A stretch of 64,000 bases of DNA, filler included, from Sphacelaria rigidula (lineage: Eukaryota): the NCBI GenBank assembly GCA_964200075.2. It is 9 parts of 9 records of this genome, joined end to end, with 100 filler letters (N's around TTAATTAATTAA, not from the genome) between each part and the next. Parts side by side here need not be neighbours in the genome. Positions count along the whole stretch, not along the records: positions 42,751 to 49,774 come from CAXNAA020016901.1; positions 49,875 to 56,898 come from CAXNAA020016902.1; positions 56,999 to 64,000 come from CAXNAA020017008.1; 6 more parts are not named here. The stretch is one strand, 5' to 3'. Positions 47,660 to 61,800 of this stretch are shown here, one piece after another. Position 1 is the first letter of the stretch. Every line of letters begins with the position of its first letter. The position numbers and the translations under genes are program-made. The notes beneath the pieces are model-generated. The model worked only from the letters and a program-made list of their open reading frames with translations, was not told where the DNA came from and made no database searches.

Positions 47660-48370
47660 AGTATCCATTTCTTTTTGTGTTTTGCTTGTGTTGAACTTTT
47701 GATTACTTTTGGTTTTGTTACGACTTAGGCCAACTCTTACGGGAGCCGTTCAAAATTCCAGTCGAAAACTGGCTTTTCGGCCTTTCTCCGTCGATTTACG
47801 CTTGAAAAGAGGGCTAGGCGGATGTTGACGCCTTGGAATGACTTGCGCTACTCGTTGAGACCGTTTTAGGGCAACTCTGCATTTCCCGCTGGCCGCACTT
47901 TTGTTTGGACCAAATCAGGCCAAACACGAATTTCCAGTAAAAAACGGTCAGGTGATCAACCCCCCCCCCCCCTGTTTTTGTTCGCTTGACCGTTTTTTGT
48001 TGAAAATCTGTGTCGGCCGAAAATGAAAGTGCGACCAGCAGGAAATGTAAAGTTGCCCTGGAACGGTCTCGATGAGTAGAGCAAGTCTTTCCAAGGAGTC
48101 AACAGCCGCCTAGTCCTCTTTTCAGGCGTAAAACGACGGAGAAGGGCCGAAAAGCCAGTTTTCGACTGGCATTTGAACGGCTCCCATTAGAGTCGGTCTT
48201 AGCCTGCCATGTCGTTCTGCTCGACCCCCTTTTTTTTCTTCTGTTCCTCCTCCTCTTCAGAGCGTGTTCCAGTTCCGTTTTTCTTGGGAACGCCATCATG
48301 ACACCATGGCTTTTGTCCCCTGGGGGGTCAGTTAGAGTGCGACAATCAATCAATCAAGCAATCAATCAAC
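47660..48370 (+). mobile_element. Non-LTR retroelement 3' end with (CAAT)n tail, split by a MITE
   Basis: Matches ~9325-9563 once 47728-48201 is removed. Confidence 0.7.
47728..48198. mobile_element. PIF/Harbinger (Tourist-like) foldback MITE, 471 bp
   Basis: Long imperfect TIRs (GGCCAACTCTTACGGGAGCCGTTCAAA / TTTGAACGGCTCCCATTAGAGTCGGTC); TSD TTA; empty paralogous site near 9380. Confidence 0.9.
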
Positions 48371-48473
48371 ATGATATAACGTCTTCACATGAACATGAAA
48401 CAACTTCTGAATAACGTCAGTTGACCCTGTTGGTACTGGCAATGGAAAAGTGCTCATTTCGAGGTCCTGTTTC

Positions 48474-48578
48474 TAACCCTTGGACCGCGAGGTTAGTCTT
48501 CTGTTGAATCGGCATCAATTTCAAGTGAAAAAAAGTATGCATGATCCAGAGAGACTGATCTCGCCGTCTAAGGGTTAA
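48474..48578 (-). mobile_element. Solitary copy of the ~100-bp palindromic MITE arrayed at 8483-9118
   Basis: TAACCCTTGGACCGCGAG...TAAGGGTTAA with reversed core gaatcggcatcaatttca. Confidence 0.8.
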
Positions 48579-49144
48579 ACAAAATAGGGTTGATTATTTG
48601 CGGTTTCCAAGGACGACTATTTTGCGCAAAGGGTGTTTTTCAGATCCGCGACCGCTTCCAGTTGGCGGTGAATCTCGTAAATACTGTATCGCACCTCAAT
48701 CCTTCCACGTGTGGTGAGGGGATTCCTGTGGGCTCGGCCACACTACTTTGTCTCTGTGATGTGGCTTAGCACGCTTGCCAAGTGTTGGGCGGGTACGACC
48801 TCCGGACTGCAGCACAACAACACTCCGGTGGAGTGCGTCACCTATACAAATGTGTGCCGCAGTACCACACGCGACTAAATATACAGAAAATAGACAGGTG
48901 GTACTGACTTTTGTTGTATAAAATTCAGCCGCCGCGGTGCTGGTTTTTGCTGTGTGCACAAAGTTGAACATACTTGACCCGTTGCGTCCCCCTCATTCGA
49001 TAAAACTAATCCAACCGCACCGGGGCGACAGTTTTGGTGCGAGCATGATTTATGTCGGTCGATTTTTCTGTGGCATTCCGCCGTAAAAATGGTTTTGTTG
49101 GTATTTTCTTTCCCATATTTTCTTCTTTGTCAGCGCTTAAAATA

Positions 49145-49560
49145 ATGAGGAGGCCTTCGGGCCGGGGATGGGAAGGGAGGGTTCCCAAAGGGTTGAACAC
49201 GTACATACACCATGTGTGTGTGCACATGCGGCCATTTGGCTGCCCCCCAAAATGCCCCCGAAGGGATGCACGGCCCTCCAGAGGCAAAACAAGCCTCCGG
49301 AGGCCTTCAACTCCTCTGGAGGAAACCAAACTCTACCGACCTGGAGGGCCGCCCACCCTTCCGAAGGAATATGGGGGGTAGCAGAAAGCCTTCCGAGAGA
49401 TGCGCGGCCCTGTAGAGGCAAAAACAAGCCTCGGGAGGCGTTTCATCCCTTTGGGGGTGGCAAAAAAATCTCATCTGGACGGCCGCGCACCCCTCCGGAG
49501 GCGTTTGATTCCTCTGGAGGCTCGAAAAGTTGACCGACCTGAGGGAATTATGGAGGTAGC
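49145..49560. repeat. Degenerate GC-rich tandem/subterminal repeats
   Basis: Recurrent cctccggaggc, tcctctggagg and agaggcaaaa(a)caagcctc motifs. Confidence 0.55.
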
Positions 49561-49655
49561 CTCATGGCCGCGCGCGCGCGCGTGTGTGTTGTTGTTTCAT
49601 CTACGGTCTGCATCTTTCGGTAGATGTGGGCAGACCAGCCGGGGTCACACAGGAG

Positions 49656-49774
49656 CAGTGTTGTGAACCGAAAACCGAAAATCCGTTTTTCGATCGGTTT
49701 TTGCCAACCGAAACCGGGTTTTTGAATTCGGTTTTTCGGTTGCCAAAAACCGACCGAAACCGAGAACCGACTCG
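49656..49774 (+). mobile_element. hAT-like transposon terminus, truncated by gap
   Basis: CAGTGTTG start followed by dense AACCG/CGGTT repeats in both orientations. Confidence 0.6.
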
Positions 49775-50327
49775 NNNNNNNNNNNNNNNNNNNNNNNNNN
49801 NNNNNNNNNNNNNNNNNNTTAATTAATTAANNNNNNNNNNNNNNNNNNNNNNNNNNNNNNNNNNNNNNNNNNNNATCTTCACCCTTCATGCGACTCGCCG
49901 AACACACCACGGCGCTTCGCGCTTGGTGGATTGAGTGCGAGCCTGGTCCGGCGAAAACCCGGCGTGCTCCGTCCCGGCGTGCTCCGTCCCGGCTTTGTAG
50001 GGATGCAAGGTCAATGGTCTGATGACTATGACATGCATGATCATGAGTACACAGTAGGAACGGGTAAACTTCAGCAGTATATCGGGTCACACCACGCACA
50101 TGAACACCCAGAAATATGGCTCAAGCGGTGTCTGCAAACCACTCTGCCAGCATTGTGCTGGCTAATCTTTTCTCTTGAAGGCATACGGAATATCGGGTGC
50201 ATTGTCACCGGTTCTCAGCGCCTTCACTTCTCGGGGCGTAAAAGATAGGTTACGAGCTGAACGAATATACGATGTGCTCTGCTTGGCATGGTAATGGAAC
50301 CTCGGCATTTCTCTACTCGTCCACCAG

Positions 50328-53300
50328 GCTCGCTATGCAGAGCTGGAGGCGACCTCATGTCAATCACGGTTGGACTACAACAGCTTGAAGGTGAATTCCA
50401 TTAGTATGCAACCTTCAGCTGTGCCGTCGTGTTCGTCTGGAGCGCGGTGGGTGTTCCATTGACATTCTCGTATGCCCTCGGTTGGTGCTTTTCCTACCGT
50501 CTTGGATTGGTTGCTGCGCATGGCTAATAACGAACGCTCGACCAGGAATGCTAGTCTACTTGGATTTTCATTCATGCTCACTCTGGCTCATCTTGCTTTT
50601 CCGCTACGGGAAATGTTCATTCTCAGGCAAAGAGTGAAGCTGAAACGCATCGAGTACAGCTAACACAAGCTGAGGCAGACCAATGGAGGTCGAGGTTCGA
50701 AACCGAAAGGACCCTCCGCCGAGCTCTGAACGCAAAGGTTTTGGACATACAGGTTCGCGCGAGCGTTGTATTCCATAAAGCAGTTTGTTTCAAGCCAAGG
50801 TGCAGTGACAGCACGATAGCGCAGTTACGGATCCCCCCTCACCAAACACACACGCATCATTCTCACGGTTCATGTGCGTTTTTTCTGTGACGTTTTGGAT
50901 GAAGTGTGAAGGAGATCAAAACCTCCTACGGCCAGCACAGCCGGTACCTCACGCAAAAGGACACTTGGTGTCTTGCAGGCCAAACAAAACAAACTGACGT
51001 TGGTTTTTGCTTGTATCACTCTCTCGTTCGGTGCTTTCTCTAGCTTGAGTGCATCAGACCACTGGCGGTCCAGCAGATGAAGGATAAATTCGAAGTGACT
51101 AGGCAGGGGAAATGGGCGAGTACGTTTAGACACGCCTCAGAGAGAGGGTGCATCATGAACCATCACTTAGGGGGCTAAATTTCCAAGCAAACGCGCAGAA
51201 ATAAATGAATAGCAGCAAAGATCCCGTTGGGCGGGGGAAACGAGCGGGTGGCGTACAGCTCAGGTGTATGCTCATTCGTGAATTCCGTGTAGTGTTTTGT
51301 TGGGTTTGGGCAGCCGGTCTGTCGATTTGTCTGAGTACCTTTTTGTTGTCGAGGCAATCCTAGCTTGTCGGCGTTGTGTTATTCACCCCTTGTTGCAGAC
51401 ATCGCTTTCACGTACGTAAGGCGATGACTACTAAGCATTTCGAAACTTGAAGGCACTTGTCTCTCCCCCATGGATGGCCGTCAATTACGTCCATGTATCG
51501 AGAAATGTGTATGTAGAGCCATCGAGCGTGGGCGGTTTCGTGAGCTTCGCAAAACTCGACTATAGGTTCCTGCGCGTTCCGGATATCGAAATATCCCGCG
51601 CACACTTGAGTCGATTTTGTATGATAGCTGTGCGACAGGCCCTGGTTGCAGCTCTACAACAACTCCACCACCGACATCGCGGGGAATTTTTTTGATGGGA
51701 GCAAGTTCGAGTTCGTGATTAAAGTTGACAATTCTACGCCGGGTAGTGGGGAAGATCCGAGCTACCGCGAAGATCGACATCTGCCGTGTACCTGCGCAAT
51801 TGTACAATATAGCCGCCAAGTTCCTGAAATTTTATCTGCCATTCGCTATCCGTTTCCCTTTTTGTTTTTCCCTCCGCTGCTTCCAGGGAAACATTCGGGT
51901 CCTGTGTCGCCTACGTCCTTTACAGCAAGCTGAGGTGGGAAGTGGACTGTGATAGCTTGCAATGACTCTGTTGAGTTACATGGCAGTATTCGTAGAAGTA
52001 ACTGCAGGGGAAACAAAATTGGAAGGCGCATGCAGCAAGTGCGATGGCTGCTGGTGCAGAGACGTGGTGCCCTAAAGGGTCTTACACACGGTAATTGGAG
52101 CCATTTTGAACGTGCTATCCTAAGACGTTTGAAAGAGACCCCGGCGTGAATATCACGTGCCTGTTTACGCAGCGAATTTATGGTGGGCAGCTTCATGTTA
52201 CAAGTTTGTGGCGATCAAGATTTGGGGGGCGATCGGCCGCAGTAGGTCACCAGCTGTAGCATGGGTGCGTGTAATAGTGAACATCTGCAGGTCCACGCGC
52301 TACAGCTAATGGGTGTCTCATTGTTACCCTTCGCTACTACAACGTCACCGGGTCGCGCGAAACCGAACGGCGTTTGGCAGATGAAGGCGATTGAGAGAGA
52401 TTCGGAGTACGAGGACCCGATGACCAACATCTCCTACCCCGATGATGATCGACTGTCTTTCTGGGGAGTGCCGTACCAGTTCGACTGTGTCTTCGGTCCT
52501 GGTACTGAACAGGCTAAGGTGTGACACGAGAAAAACGTCAATGTGCGGATCTCCTTCTTTCGAGATGAGGATGCACTAGTATCTGCTGTGATGATCGTGA
52601 TGTAGTCAATATTCTCGTTGCTCGATAGCATGACCATACGGTAGCTTCATCGAGTTGTCTTGGACACGGGTCTTCGCTACCACAGCAATACGTGGAGTGT
52701 GCGGGCGTGGGAACGAAGGGTACGGATCACTTTTATTTGTCGCGGCAGGGAAGTGACAGGGTTGAATGTAAAAGCGCCAGAGACCCAGGAGTCATGTGGG
52801 ACATTGTTGACATGTGATGTAACTGTCGGTGCTGTAATGTGAAGAACGGGTCGAATTTGTCACTTGTCTGGAGTCAAAGCTTGACCCTTTGACCCCCCCC
52901 CCCCACCCCAGATCGCATAAAACTGCCCACTGTCAACCTGTGTTCGAAAGTGTTATTTTGTGAGGGGAAATCACGTTTACTCACATGCACACGCGGGTGT
53001 TCAGTATTATATGGAAACTAGTGGAGAACCCATGACCGGTTTTGGGTCAAGTCAAGGGTACGTACGCTTTCGCTCAACCATTTCCGTGGGGTGCATGCTT
53101 TCAGACTTTGCAGGTGGTGAATATTGGCCACCATTACTGCGGCGATACACGAACATACGCTATGCCTTTATTCCTGTAGTCTTGGTACTCGATGTCTATT
53201 GCACTGCTACCACATCGTCTCCATAGTTTTTTACTATGCTGCTGCTGAACTGTAGAAAACGAAGTTTCCCATCAGCTTGCTAAATATAATAGTACGAAAC

Positions 53301-55200
53301 ATCAGTGTGTCATCGCTTCCCACTACACACGGTCACGGCGTTACTGTCTTTGCGTCGTGTTCCACAACAACAGCTTGCACATACTTTGGCACCTACTTCG
53401 TCAAAGCAAAAGGGGGCAGATATGATCGCGAAGACTGCGCAAAGAGCTACAAGTATCTTCCAATTTCGTGTGCTTTCAGTAGTTGAGTACGAGTCCTCAC
53501 AGAAGTGTTCGAATACAGCTTGATCGCCAAGCGGTCGATGTGTAGGGGAACACAGTGGATGGTTCGGCCAAATAATATATAAAAAATATGGCTTCGCGCC
53601 CTTCAGGCCTGGTGTCAGGCCGGGAAATAGCGTGGAAACACGCATGATTGGTCTGAGAAGCGTTCTCCGACCATCTGGCGACAGGTACTGCCCCCCCCCC
53701 CCATCCTCCCCATGGAAACCTCTGGGCTGTCAGCCAGCGGGTGATGCCGTTCCGAGACGAAGTAGGCGATCAAGAGCCAAAGCGAAACACGTACAGCGCA
53801 ACAACGTTCGTGTGATTTGGGGCTTAAGCGAACGTTGACATACTTCTGTGCTTCATATCCAGATCAGTCACGTCGAACAACTAACTTGTCGTAGGTCGTC
53901 GGCCGATTCGATGGCCGTCCAAAATTTCGCATATTTCGTGAGATCAAGGCATCGTTCGATTGACTCACTGATTTGGTTGCTTCTCCCACACAGCTGATCC
54001 CCAAGTGACCCAGACGTGGTCATTATTAACATAATAGACGTTCCAAGGAACACAAAACAGAATCGTATATCAAAACAATTTAGCCGCACGCTATGAGTAG
54101 CAACACTCTTCCAACATCATGGCACCATGCAGGTCTTTGGCGAGGTTCAACCGGTGGTGGCGTCTGCTCTGGACGGCCATCGAGTGTGTGTCTTCGCGTA
54201 CGGTCAGACGGGCTCAGGGAAAACATACACAATGGAAGGGCCACGGCATGACAGGCGAGGGGAAATGAAAATACGATATACGGGCGCCGCGCGTCATTTG
54301 CGAGAGAGCTTCATGCGCAAGAATCATCACCCGTTTTGGGAGAGCATTCGCGCGTGTGCGTGTGGGCGTGGGCGCCCCGCCTGTTCTTACTTGATGCAAC
54401 CGCAGGACAAGGTGCCTTAGGCAGGACAGCAGCAATCTAGCGAGATCTCAACCCGCCTGGACGTTACTCTACAGAATTTGACGGTGTGTGCGCGCGTGTG
54501 TTTTCACGGTGACTAATGCAGCCACTTGCAGATGATCGTTGCATGATACAAACCATGACTTTTGCTGCACGTTGACCTGTGGACTTTCAGGGGGGTCAAC
54601 TTCCGCGCGCTTGGAGAGTTATTTTCGCTATCTAGGCAGGAAGACGGCAAGGAATTTCAGTTCCGCGTCAGCATGCTGGAGGTTAGCATGGTTACGCCAC
54701 GGTGTTCGCTTTTCTCCTGAGTTGATGGCATCGTCTGAAACATAAGCCAGCTAGTGCGTACTCAAACTTCGGTGCTAGAACGCCACATGGGTCATATTGC
54801 ATGAGAAACGCGGATGCATTATGTCAATGTGGTTCGGACTGCCCATAACCAAAGTCAGCGATTCTGAGGCACATTCGAATATTATGGATACGAAGTCTTT
54901 CCGTGCTGAAACGTGGGCAATGGGGAGGGCAAGATATCAAGATTGACCCTATTTGCACTTTCGCACACATACACCTGAGATATCAGAAGTGGAGGGCCCA
55001 CTTGGACCCAGGTCGAACATTGGACTTCCATCAACGAAAATAGTGCAAGATGTCTCCTGTCATTGCTCACTCAGGTATACAACGAATCCATCAAGGATTT
55101 ATTAGTGGTGCCTGGCCGGCCGGCGGCAGGTGCAAACAAGCATGATGTGAGGCTGGACAAAAAAGGGAAAGTGTACGTGGAAGGTCTTGTTGAATGCGAG
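50328..55200 (+). CDS. Kinesin-14 (C-terminal motor, KIFC/KAR3-type), partial; exons 50328-50390, 50627-50752, 51887-51934, 52381-52518, 54133-54254, 54591-54681, 55075-55200
   Basis: Coiled coil, neck [37 protein letters not shown]-loop [38 protein letters not shown]; phases consistent, with a GC donor at 54255. Confidence 0.93.
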
Positions 55201-58200
55201 GTGAGGTTCTTGAGGGGTACGAGACGATACATACCAAATAATTGTACCTGTTTCTGGGCCTGTTCTGCTGGTTCGCACGGCCACTCTCCCTTTAGTACTG
55301 TAATCTAGTATTGCCTTGATATTGTCTACATCGCGATTGTACGTTGTCAGATATTGTATATGTGTCCATCATGTACTCGTAAGACGCTGACGTGACATTG
55401 GTTTGCAGTCCAGTCTTAGCAGGAATGATGGATCCTACTCGACCAGGATCCAGGCGTGGTTGCCCCCCCCCCTTTGGCGTCCACTCTGCCAGGTTCCAGA
55501 AAACATGTGCTTTTTTGTCTCTCACTCTTCACATTTGGTGCAAATTGCCACAGCTACTGCTACTGCCAAATTATCCACCTCTGTGACGTACCATCGACGG
55601 TACAGATGGCACAAGTTTACGGTTGGGATCGTGTGGCGGCCCACGTGACTAGGTTCTGTGCTAATTAGATTGCAGATGATAGCGTTCACGCCGCCTACGA
55701 GGGTGTTCGCACAGTAGCTATAAAGCACATAAAGCAGGTGTTGATTCGACCATTCGGTCGTTGTTTTGACAGAGCAGTCAGCAACTTATCAATAGCGTAA
55801 GTCCCTTGCTCACACCACGTGCTCACCAGTAGGTTGGGTGCTTGAAAGCATGCTTATGTGGCGGCAAACAGTAGGCAGGAGTGAAATTTTTGCAAAAGCA
55901 CTTGCCACCGCGCATTCGTTCCTTAGTACATCGCATTATTGAATCATATACGCTATAAGAGATGATACGATGATAGTGAAGACAGGGCTAATACCGTTGG
56001 AGAGCCGACTGCAGCAATCCGACGATGCATGGCCTGTCTTAAGCGAAACACGTTATCACGGGCAATGAATCAATGCAGGCGCCCGAAACCCGTTATCCCC
56101 TGCGAATCAGTTTTGAACCGCGTGTTCGACACCACCACGCAGAAGCAACTCTGTTGGAAAGCCTGGAACATTACCATCACGCAAATTTTAGACCTCATAG
56201 ATCGTTGAAGTTTGCAGCCGTTCATGAGTTACGGCCCTCTGAAGATGAACACGGGGAAGTTCCGCTGGTGTAGCTGCATGCTGAAATACCAGGTAGTTGG
56301 ACACAACTCGAGGTCAACTGCTTCTGTCCAGCTACAGCTTTGATGTTGTATTTTGTTTGCTGAGCATTTCGTCAAAAGAGAACAAGAACATTTCTCCCAT
56401 TGTCAGACAAGGGATGACCCCCCAGGAAGCCGGTATGTGTTGGCAGAGAAGTGCGACCTTTCGGTTCGGTAGCCTTTGAGTGGTTCATGCTCTCTTTGCG
56501 ACCGCTGCGGCCTTGACGTGACCGCCAACCAGGCCGGGTCGGCCTTGAAAAGATAAAGACAGTGTAAATGGCATCGTCAAGACCGCTGTACTCTATGCAC
56601 GTATGTACTATATATGTGTATATGAGCGGAAAGCACACCGGCGGTGAAGGGGCTACTACTAAGCACCACCGCTCGATCGGTGCCCAAATGACGGAAGACC
56701 GCGAAGAGAAAGCTCGAATCCCCATGTATTGTGGTTTCACGACTTCATATTTTTGACTCTGTTCTTAGTAGCTCCCCCCCCCCTGGTCTGATGACTATGG
56801 CATGCATGATGATGAGTACACCCCCCCCCTACGCTGCGGCAAGCCTGGTCCGGCGAAAACCCGGCGTGCTCCGTCCCGGCTTTGTAGGGATGCGAGGTNN
56901 NNNNNNNNNNNNNNNNNNNNNNNNNNNNNNNNNNNNNNNNNNTTAATTAATTAANNNNNNNNNNNNNNNNNNNNNNNNNNNNNNNNNNNNNNNNNNNNCT
57001 TCCCCTTGGTCAAACGATGAAAACAATTTGCGGATCACGGCCCAACTCGTCTGTGTCGATGAGATATTGCCTTTAGAGCATAAATCCGTTTTTAGGCTGG
57101 CCCAGCTCGTAGAAACCTTTTCAGCCCTAAGGGCCTCCAAGGAATAATGCGACAAACCACGGGAGCAGAAGAAGCAAGCGTGCGTCCCTCAGCAAATTGC
57201 TAAGTCATCTTTTCGGTGGGGTTGCCTGGATGCTTGCCTCCTCAAAAAATCGTGAGGTCCCCTGAAAGACAAACATACGATCAACTCATCTATGGCTCGA
57301 CCGATCGGCCCAGTGTGGAGCGCTGTTGTACTGTTTATTTTGTATTTTGTCATCATTCAGCAGAAAATAAAAAACTATACTATTGTGTGTTCGACTCGCA
57401 CTTCGCGCTCGGGTTTCAGAACCCACGAGGTCTACAACGGGACTCTTGACCCGAAAAGTGGTGTCAGCTAGAAGGCGAACCCCCCCCGCAGAACTCTATT
57501 CAGAACGCTATTGTTCATAGGAGCTGGAACGGTGCTCCATCTCGAAAGGGATGCGTGGTCAATCCTCGGACGACCAAGGCAAGCACTAAATGGGGACACC
57601 CCCTGCCCCCTTCAACCCAGAACCCGTGAACCAAACGGTTACAAATGCTGCTGCACTACCGTGTCTTCACACCCAGAACAATCGTACTTCTCAAAACCTC
57701 ACCAAATCGCAAATACAGTGCTACTTACAACACACAAATTCTACATTCTCCTTACATGGCCTTCACGTAGTACTTTTTCGCCAACCAATCATGTCGCATT
57801 ACCTCATTCACACATGTCTCAGAAATCTGACTCTGTGTTACCCATACATCTTGTGGCAAGGCGACTCAATCTCCACAGCCGCTACTGCCTCTTGCACACC
57901 ATCCCTCGGTTCAACAGTTGCAGCCAAACGATACTCTGCCGCATGGCGCCCACCGCCTCCGCCTCGCGTTTTTGCACAACCTCTGCATGTACTTCGCCAA
58001 GGTAAATAAGCAGTCAACAATAAAGCACCTGCAACCAACACCATACTGTTGACCGCAGTCGCAAACATCATCATTGTAAACCAACTGTCGGGGTAGCTCA
58101 TGTCGCGATGTTCGCCCGAGGACACAGGAAGATTTGGACTATTAGGGGCTGGTGTATTTTCCTGTTGTTTGTGTTCTCCGCCCTTGCTGCTCCTGCCAGT

Positions 58201-58807
58201 TGAGCAATCCCGACAGTATCCTGCCTTGTAGCTTTCCCCCTGCGGCTTCTCCCAAATTTTCACCGACTTTACCTGTGTTTATTCGATTGAGACACATACG
58301 GCAGGCATCAGATTGGGACCAGTAGAAGGAACGCAACAAATGTATGGAGTGGGTGCGCACTAAACAGTGACCCAGTAGGTTGTCAGGCCAAGTGCTAATG
58401 GTTGCGCGCGTTACCCGCTTCCAGCTGTATGCCATCCAACAGCGAACGAAGCTCCTGGATGGTGGAATGCTTAGCAGCATACGACTCAATATCACTGTAC
58501 GCTACCCTGCAGTCTATCTCACACCAAGTCTGCAGTCATCTTGCTGTCATGGGTCGGAATGATGCGCCTAACAACCAAAATTCCACCTGACAAAAGAAAG
58601 ATAATTAACGCGGAGTATAATAAACTTCAGTAGATAGTCGCACCTGTGCCAAGACCCTCACGAGCAGAAGGCACACTTTATCACTCTTTCACTTGGTTAA
58701 GTATGGGACAGCTGCAGAACTTGAGATCGCGCAGTTCTCGACACAGGAAACAAGCCGGCGCACTACACCTCACACCCCGCCCGCATACACACAACGGCTA
58801 GGGAACC

Positions 58808-61800
58808 TGGTTATATAAGTTACTCGATCCGCGACGGCGGACCGGAATACCCCCTACAGTCGAAAAATACGTGATTTTTGTATATTTGTTTTTTTTGCGG
58901 CATAGAATCACGCGCGAATACAATCAAGTAAATTGTGGGTCTAGCTCAGGTGTGTGAGAAGCGCACGCAAAAAACTGTAGCCCAATCCTCCGCTTCGTTG
59001 CCGCGATCTATAGAGCCCTGCTGGACTCAGAACAAGGTCACAAGATTGCTGCAAGGGTTTTCTCCCTCACTAGGGCCTGGAGACTTCAAGACAGTTGTTA
59101 TTCATAAACACACAGCCTTCGTTATCGTAAGTTACCACATGCGTGAAGCATGTGATGTTCAAATCCACATAGTCTGCTGATCAGACCCGCAAGTCCGTCA
59201 ACCAATAGAAAACACCTACAGCAGATCGTTCCACATGTAGATCATGAGCCTGCACGTACGTGTACTGGAGGTGGACTACTCTACAGCACCCCCGAAAACT
59301 CCGCACTACTCGAAGAAGAACGCGAGTTTGACGAAACAGTAGACACCGACTATCACGTACGCCACCTTTGTCCCCCCGGTAGTGACATACGACCTTGTAC
59401 TGTCATGTTCAACAAAACCAATAACGTGCACAACCTTGAACATCGACACTCAAAGACAATGTCTCAAGCGAAGTCAGGGAAGTCAACCATTCTTCAACGG
59501 TAATTTCCACGTAGGCATTCTCACACAAAGCAAAGGTGTCGAGTATAGTACCATCTCAACCAGTAGCATTCGATATCATCATATTTTCAAAGCTTCACAC
59601 CATACTTTGCCTGCAAACGTGCTCGCACCTTTTTACTTAGTCCCAACTTACGCAGCTCGGGTTTTACAAATTGCGGGGCTCCGTCCGAAATATTTTACAG
59701 AGGCTACCACGAGTTTTCATCTTTCCCAAATTCGACGCACTCCACTTGTACATAAAATACATCTCCCGCTTCGTCCTCAGATATACCGACAATAGCCGCC
59801 ATCTCGAACTCGCCTTGTGCAAAAGCATACTGGAACACCTCCCTGACATCAGCCGTAATCTTCAGCTCCTTGTCCGCATAAAACCGAAGGCGGGCGACAT
59901 GCACATCCTGTACCTCGCCAGTCACAATGTTCTGTACCCCGTACACATGTTTGTTGTTCCGCCGTCACAATCCGCCAATGCCCCGTCCACGCACTCACAA
60001 GCTTCGGCGTAGTTCCCGAACGCCTCACCCTCGCTGCCAGCACGTAATCGCCAACCACGGAGTTAGGAAGCTTCCCCTTACTAGCCACATGTCTCTGTAA
60101 ATCGCGGTTCTTGTCGACACGTTGCGCCACCTTCCTGTGCAACTGTTGCTGAGCCTCAACGATCGACGTCACCTGTCGCCTCAAAGCATCTTCGTCAAGC
60201 ACATCGACGCTCCATTCGCCCCCAGTTGACGATGCCAGAGTAGAGAACTGGTGCGCGGTGCCCGGCCAAACATAACATGGTATGGCGTGCTAGCATAACG
60301 CTTTCGGAAACCAGTGTTCAATGCCCACGGCACTGCAGGTACCAAACTCACCCATTCACGAACATCACGCCTTTTCTCTTGCAACATTGCCTTCAAGGTA
60401 CGAACAATCTCACGCATCATTCGCTCACAGGTGCCATTAGACCATGGCGAGTTAGCAACCGCGAATCGGCGATCCAGCTTCAGCGCCTTCTCAAGCGCTC
60501 CCATTACACGGTTCTTGAAATGCGATGCCGTACCCCTGACCCATACCTCTGGCGACCCCAGCGTTTTGCACCACGTCAACATATGCTTCACCGTCGTGGC
60601 CGCCGGACAAGACTCCGGGGGCTCGAACCACACGCAGTTGCACAAATCGTCCATCGTGATTAATATAAACTTGAACCCGTCTCCTTCGTCTAAGCCACTA
60701 TTTCCCAGGGGGGCACTCTCGCCAACGTGAAGAAAATCAAAATGCAGCACCTCCCCTGGGCGTGGACCATGCACCGTATCCCCGAAGGGACGCGGGACCT
60801 TCTCTCCCGCCTTGGAATCCAAACAGTGCGGGCACTGCTTCACAAACTCAGTCACATGAGTCTCCATCAGGAGCCAACAACAGTACTCTTGTAAGCGTTG
60901 TAAAGTTGCCACAACCCCTCGGTGACCAGCCCCTTGCGTGTGAGCGCATACCATCAAGCGTGTTTGTAGTTCTCTCGCTTCCGGTGGGATCCACAGTGCA
61001 TCCCTCCCTGCAACATGCACGCGAAACAAACCGTCACCGTCTTTGAAGACACGCCCAACAGCGGCAGTAAACGTCTCGGCCCCATCAACCATACCTCCTA
61101 AACCCTCACGGGCTTGCTCTTGGGCTTAACGAACGGCCTCCTTCGACCGTAGCGTCTCATCAGGCTCTCCACTTGCAAAACCAGCGATGGCTCTCATGGA
61201 TACCGCTGGAACGTTCACCCACCGGGACAGTAGATCTTCCCAGCAGTTACGCTCACCAGAAACATGCCTGATTGAATAATCATACTGCCCTAGTATGGTC
61301 TTCCATTGTTCAAGGCGCTGGGCGGCAGTATTCGCCACTGTGGTCACGCATGCTTCGGGATCAAAAATATTAGCGAGATCGCGATTGTCCGTAAATATGG
61401 TCACTCCTCCCCACAAAAGGTACTCCAACCTACGAAACGTACTCACGATGGCATATCCTTCCTTGTCCACCGTAGCCGACCGCAACTGCGCTCCTCGAAA
61501 CGTACCACTAAGAAATCTTAGAGGCTCATGACTCATGTCCTATACCGCTATATCGCGGTCCAATTCAGCTCTCGGTACCTGGGTCTCGAAACTACCCTAA
61601 TGAAGATCCGACGCGTCTGGAAACATCATCACCTCATAGCCCTCCTTGGGATGTGACAGAGCAACAGCATGTGTCACCAAATCTTGCGCCGCTGTCCAAG
61701 CTTGCGCACGCTAAAACGTCCACGCCGCCTCCTTGATTGTCCTGTTTGAAGCAACCCGCTTTGTACAGCGCACGTTGTCCACTACATGCTCCTCGAGCAG

